Below, piece after piece: positions 60,801 through 64,000 of a DNA stretch of 64,000 bases. The stretch's first letter is position 1; each line of letters begins with the position of its first letter. Origin of the DNA: Ramazzottius varieornatus (Eukaryota > Animalia > Tardigrada); NCBI GenBank assembly GCA_001949185.1, contig BDGG01000001.1, positions 5,381,530-5,445,529 on the forward strand, written 5' to 3'. Under the pieces are notes generated by a model that searched no databases, was not told the origin of the DNA, and was given only the letters and a program-made list of their open reading frames with translations. Made by a program: the position numbers and the translations under genes.

Positions 60801-62631
60801 GGCCTTGCTTCACGGAATCGACATGCTTTACATGCGTCGAAAACGCGTCAGAGGCTTTGTAGAGCATCCATCAATCACTTATGTTATCGTAGGAGTTGAC
60901 CAGAACGGAGGTGTGACGTCTTGGCGTACGTTTCCGTAAGAAACTACACAAGCGCCTCTTCAAGGCTACGTTGTTTTTCTCGTCCAGACTCTTTAACATT
61001 GGATTTTATCCTGTCTCCTGCAGACCTTCCTTTCTCACCTTTGCACCGTCAAATGACTCGGAAGACGGCTTGGCTATGATCAGAAAGACTCTCTCTATTG
61101 ACTGACTTACCGTACGACGCAATCTGACCAGCAGCTACGTTAAAACAACCTGGAAATTTTCATGTCCAAAATTCTCACTGGAAAACTCTATGTCCTTTAC
61201 CTCGTAGGAAAGAGAACAATGTACTGTATCACCCTGATATTTCTGCGAGACATGTTACCCATGGCGCCATCTGCGGAACTCTCGAGACATACGGCGGACA
61301 GGGCGTATGTATGGACGACATATGTCCGGTTGGTGGGGCCACGGGTAACAGGGTTCGCTGAGCTGTCGGGGGAATGCAAGACTGCTTGAAATTTCAGTAC
61401 CAGTAAAAACAAACTACTTCGCTCAGTGGACGATTGCCGTGTGAGTGTGACCTCTTTTTCAGACTTTCCGGGGCGGTCTGTTGCGGATGCGGATGAGCGC
61501 CAGCGAAATATACTGTGCCAAACTGCAAGTAAACAGTCACGCTCCGCTGGCGGACTTCCACTTCCGCTGTGGGCGGCTCCGAAAGTCTGACCGGTGGGGT
61601 TTCTACGGCTCCCAGTAATTTTTTCCACCGAGCGAAGAAATGTAGCGAAAATACCTGCGTTTGACGATTTGTGTTGCAGCCCTTGGTGTACAGTCAGACA
61701 GTCGCGCCCATCTGTCTCCCTCAGCTACCAGAGCCGCCGGTGGGAACGAGTTGCTACTCAACCGGGTGGGGCCTCCTGCAAGATCCAACTGGTCCAACCG
61801 ACTTTACTGATACCACCAGTGAAGTGCTGCAGGAAGTGGACGAAAAGATTCAGTCGACCAATGTATGCACCAATCCCAGATATGCAGCTCACTTGGGTTT
61901 CAACTTGGACGTTATGAGCCCTGATACCATTTGTACTTTACAGCACCTGAAAGGAACGTAAGTCAGGGCTTTGCTTTTTTTTCCAGCTGCTGGTCAGGAA
62001 AGTGTAAAAGAGCTGCGCCTTTAGGTGCAAAGGAGACAGCGGAGGACCCTTAGCCTGCCGGTTACCCAAAACCGAGCATTTTCAGTGGCAGCTGGTTGGG
62101 GCGACGTCTTACGGACTGTAAGCTTAGTTCGGTGCCGCATTCAGTATTGCTTGTTCACCTTTCGAGGATTTTTTCAGAGCGTGCGGAGGTACTCCTTCCT
62201 TTTACGCGCGAGTACGGCGAGGTTTACCGTTTATCGCCAGCACACTCTACCAAGAAAAATATGACGGATGGCTCCTGAACAGAACGGTCAGGGTTTTCAG
62301 TCGAGGTGCTAAGTACGACCCCAGTGATTTTAACGTCAGTGTTCCATCTCGGAATCCGTGGGTGGATATCAGATACGAGGAAGAGCCAGATAATCGTCCC
62401 AATGGATGGATTGAAGAAAGTCTGTGCAAGCCCGCCTCATCAACATCGACACCCGGTCTCAGTTCGTACGTTGCTTTTAGCATGAACCCGCCAGCAGACG
62501 ACGGTGAACGGTCCCCAAGACCAGAAGCTAGTGCGGCCTCTGTTAGCGGCATGCGGAAGTTGTTTTCCCTTGCCCTATTTGTATTGCTGTTAATACGAAA
62601 CGGGGGGGGCGGTGGTTTCAATAATTTTTAA
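57804..62631 (+). CDS. CUB-LDLa-serine protease paralog 8
   Basis: RRKIVGG, LTAAHCC, HDFC, CKGDSGGP, tail RKLFSLALFVLLLI. A 2.2-kb intron starts at 59430. Confidence 0.88.
58347..58515. mobile_element. Tc1/mariner-type MITE
   Basis: TA|cagtgtacgaaaaaattaaccgttaaaaatggg ... cccatttttaacggtttattttgtcgtacactg|TA. Confidence 0.85.
59433..61204. mobile_element. Mariner-like TIR element (54-bp TIRs, TA target duplication) carrying a LINE ORF1-like gene
   Basis: TA|cgaggtaaaggacatggagttttccagt...aaatttcca and tggaaatttt...actggaaaactctatgtcctttacctcg|TA. Confidence 0.8.
59825..60565 (-). CDS. 246-aa non-LTR retrotransposon ORF1 (gag-like) protein
   Basis: Coiled coil (ISRLESLVESLQKDKLELQKTVKAL), TFAAVAAR, and an RRM-like C-terminus ending ENWSPNISIIPW; intronless. 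Confidence 0.6.
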   Translation of the reverse strand: MEGMAEVLGHHCREEFKRIWPIQMYQPMEHLRYQAEQISRLESLVESLQKDKLELQKTVKALQVSQDSILGRLPLLENIPQRLPVPPYEPPATKASVPSMTQATATATPVVSPVKAITTATFAAVAARRSQPSENPAVRRKATRVVVRGTKKADEESITANPLRAKGPPGRDFAIRGAPRHVTAEQLKDYRQGIGVKPRFVWIVPVGPDDTKSVGRIGVFASDVDLVLEAENWSPNISIIPWKIGL

Positions 62632-63526
62632 AGCTGATTTTATTACAAATTGCTGGTTCGCCTGAACTTCGCAAGTTTTCCAAGTAAACACCACCGACCT
62701 CTATGCAATGTGTACTTCGAGAAACCCAGTCGTCCAACTTTTCGTGGTGAAAGCTTTTATCAAAAGAAGAGAGGGCTTCGTCGAGAGCGCTATTTAGCTC
62801 CTTTTCCGTCGAAAACTTTCTCCCCTGAAGAGATCTTTCAGCTTTGGAAACAGCAAAAAAATCCCAGGAAAATAGGTCTCGAGAGCAAGGGTGATAACTG
62901 ATGATATCGAGCTACTGATTCGCTGAAAATTCCGCTGTTGAAGGTGCGCTGTGTGATTTCCGTTATCGTGGTGAAGCACTTGCCCCCCCCCCCCCCAACT
63001 CCGGCTTTCGGACGTCTGTTTCTCAGGATCTCGCAGCAGAGGTCTCAAATTTCGATGTGAGACGCAGCATTCATCGACGGTTTACGAGGTAGCTTCGCTT
63101 TGAAATAACTGCTTTACGATCCAGGAGAAACTCATACAAATGCTTCTTGATGCTCCTCGGTCGCCGTACAGCCATGCGTGTGCCACTTCCTCTTTCAGCC
63201 CATTCCCTATTCTGTTTCTTCCGTTTTCCCTATCCAGAAATAAGCTGCGGTTTAGGCAACAGAGACGGAGTATTTTCTGCTTTTCGGTTCGTCCTAGCTC
63301 CTACGTTCGCGGGGGGCTTTTAACGACTGAGACGAAGGTAGCACGGATCTGAGTGGTAGTTTTACTTTGGCAGCACTCGAGGTTCTCGTAACATCCACGA
63401 GGAAGTTCTCAAACTGACAAACTAGAATGACAGACGGAGCTAACGCGTTGTCCAATGAAAATCTAGCTGAAAAGCAGAACAGGTAGGGAGTTCCCAAACG
63501 GACAGAGAGAACAGCGACACTGCTGT

Positions 63527-64000
63527 CTACAGATCTCCTTCCTCCTCGTCGATGTACGGTACGGGAGAATCCCTTGCCTTACTGGTAGAGGCTCCAGCCC
63601 CATATCGATCATCGTCACTTGTCGAGCTTGCTTTCCGATAGTACGTCAGACACTTGCTGAAAGCTCCAAGAAGGTCTTCGACACTGATGTGAACCGCCGG
63701 GTTCTTCACGCAGTGTGGATGATGGTGTTTATCCAGCCTGCGAAACCAAAACAGTTAGGGAGTCCCCAAAGCACCGTCAGAACTATCCACAAGTATGTGT
63801 TCAGGAAGCGTACCCGTGATATCGATGACGGTATCACGGCCTAGAGCGGCCTGCAGCCCGAAGTTCCGGCCGGTGCAAATGGCCATGGCGGTCTTGTGGC
63901 TACCGAACAGGAGAAGTGCGAGGTCGACCGCATCAAGCATCGGATTGGATCGGAGTTGCTTCTGAAGACGGAGAAACGAGCCGTCAAGACCCACCGCAAG
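63527..64000 (-). CDS. Probable 3' exons of an unidentified gene entering from the right edge
   Basis: Open frame from 64000 with coding-like composition and a plausible GT-AG intron at ~63739-63814. The frame of the last exon is ambiguous. Confidence 0.35.

Overview
Compact animal genomic DNA with short spliceosomal introns. It looks tardigrade-like, but that is my inference and is unverified. The left 27 kb holds a non-catalytic ADAM (mind-meld/UNC-71-like, minus strand, runs off the window), two decayed fungal-type intradiol ring-cleavage dioxygenase genes that the ORF track misses, tRNA-Glu(CTC), an atlastin/GBP-family GTPase with an apparent signal peptide, a single-exon rhodopsin-type GPCR, a protein with an internal INCENP IN-box, and transportin-1. 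The right 35 kb (27.9-62.6 kb) is a tandem array of eight paralogous genes: signal peptide, divergent CUB, LDLa, S1 serine protease, a conserved ~60-aa extension, a Ser/Thr stalk and a GPI-like tail. All eight are preceded by a CTATG[C/T]CAAC box about 200-235 bp upstream of the start (closer in the truncated copy), followed by AGGTC[A/G] in the seven full-length copies. None has the trypsin Asp189. Copy 1 has lost the catalytic His, copy 5 is 5'-deleted and copy 7 is frameshifted. A dead CR1/L2-like LINE, several long-TIR elements and two MITE families are interspersed. Gene models and family assignments were made by eye, without database searches.
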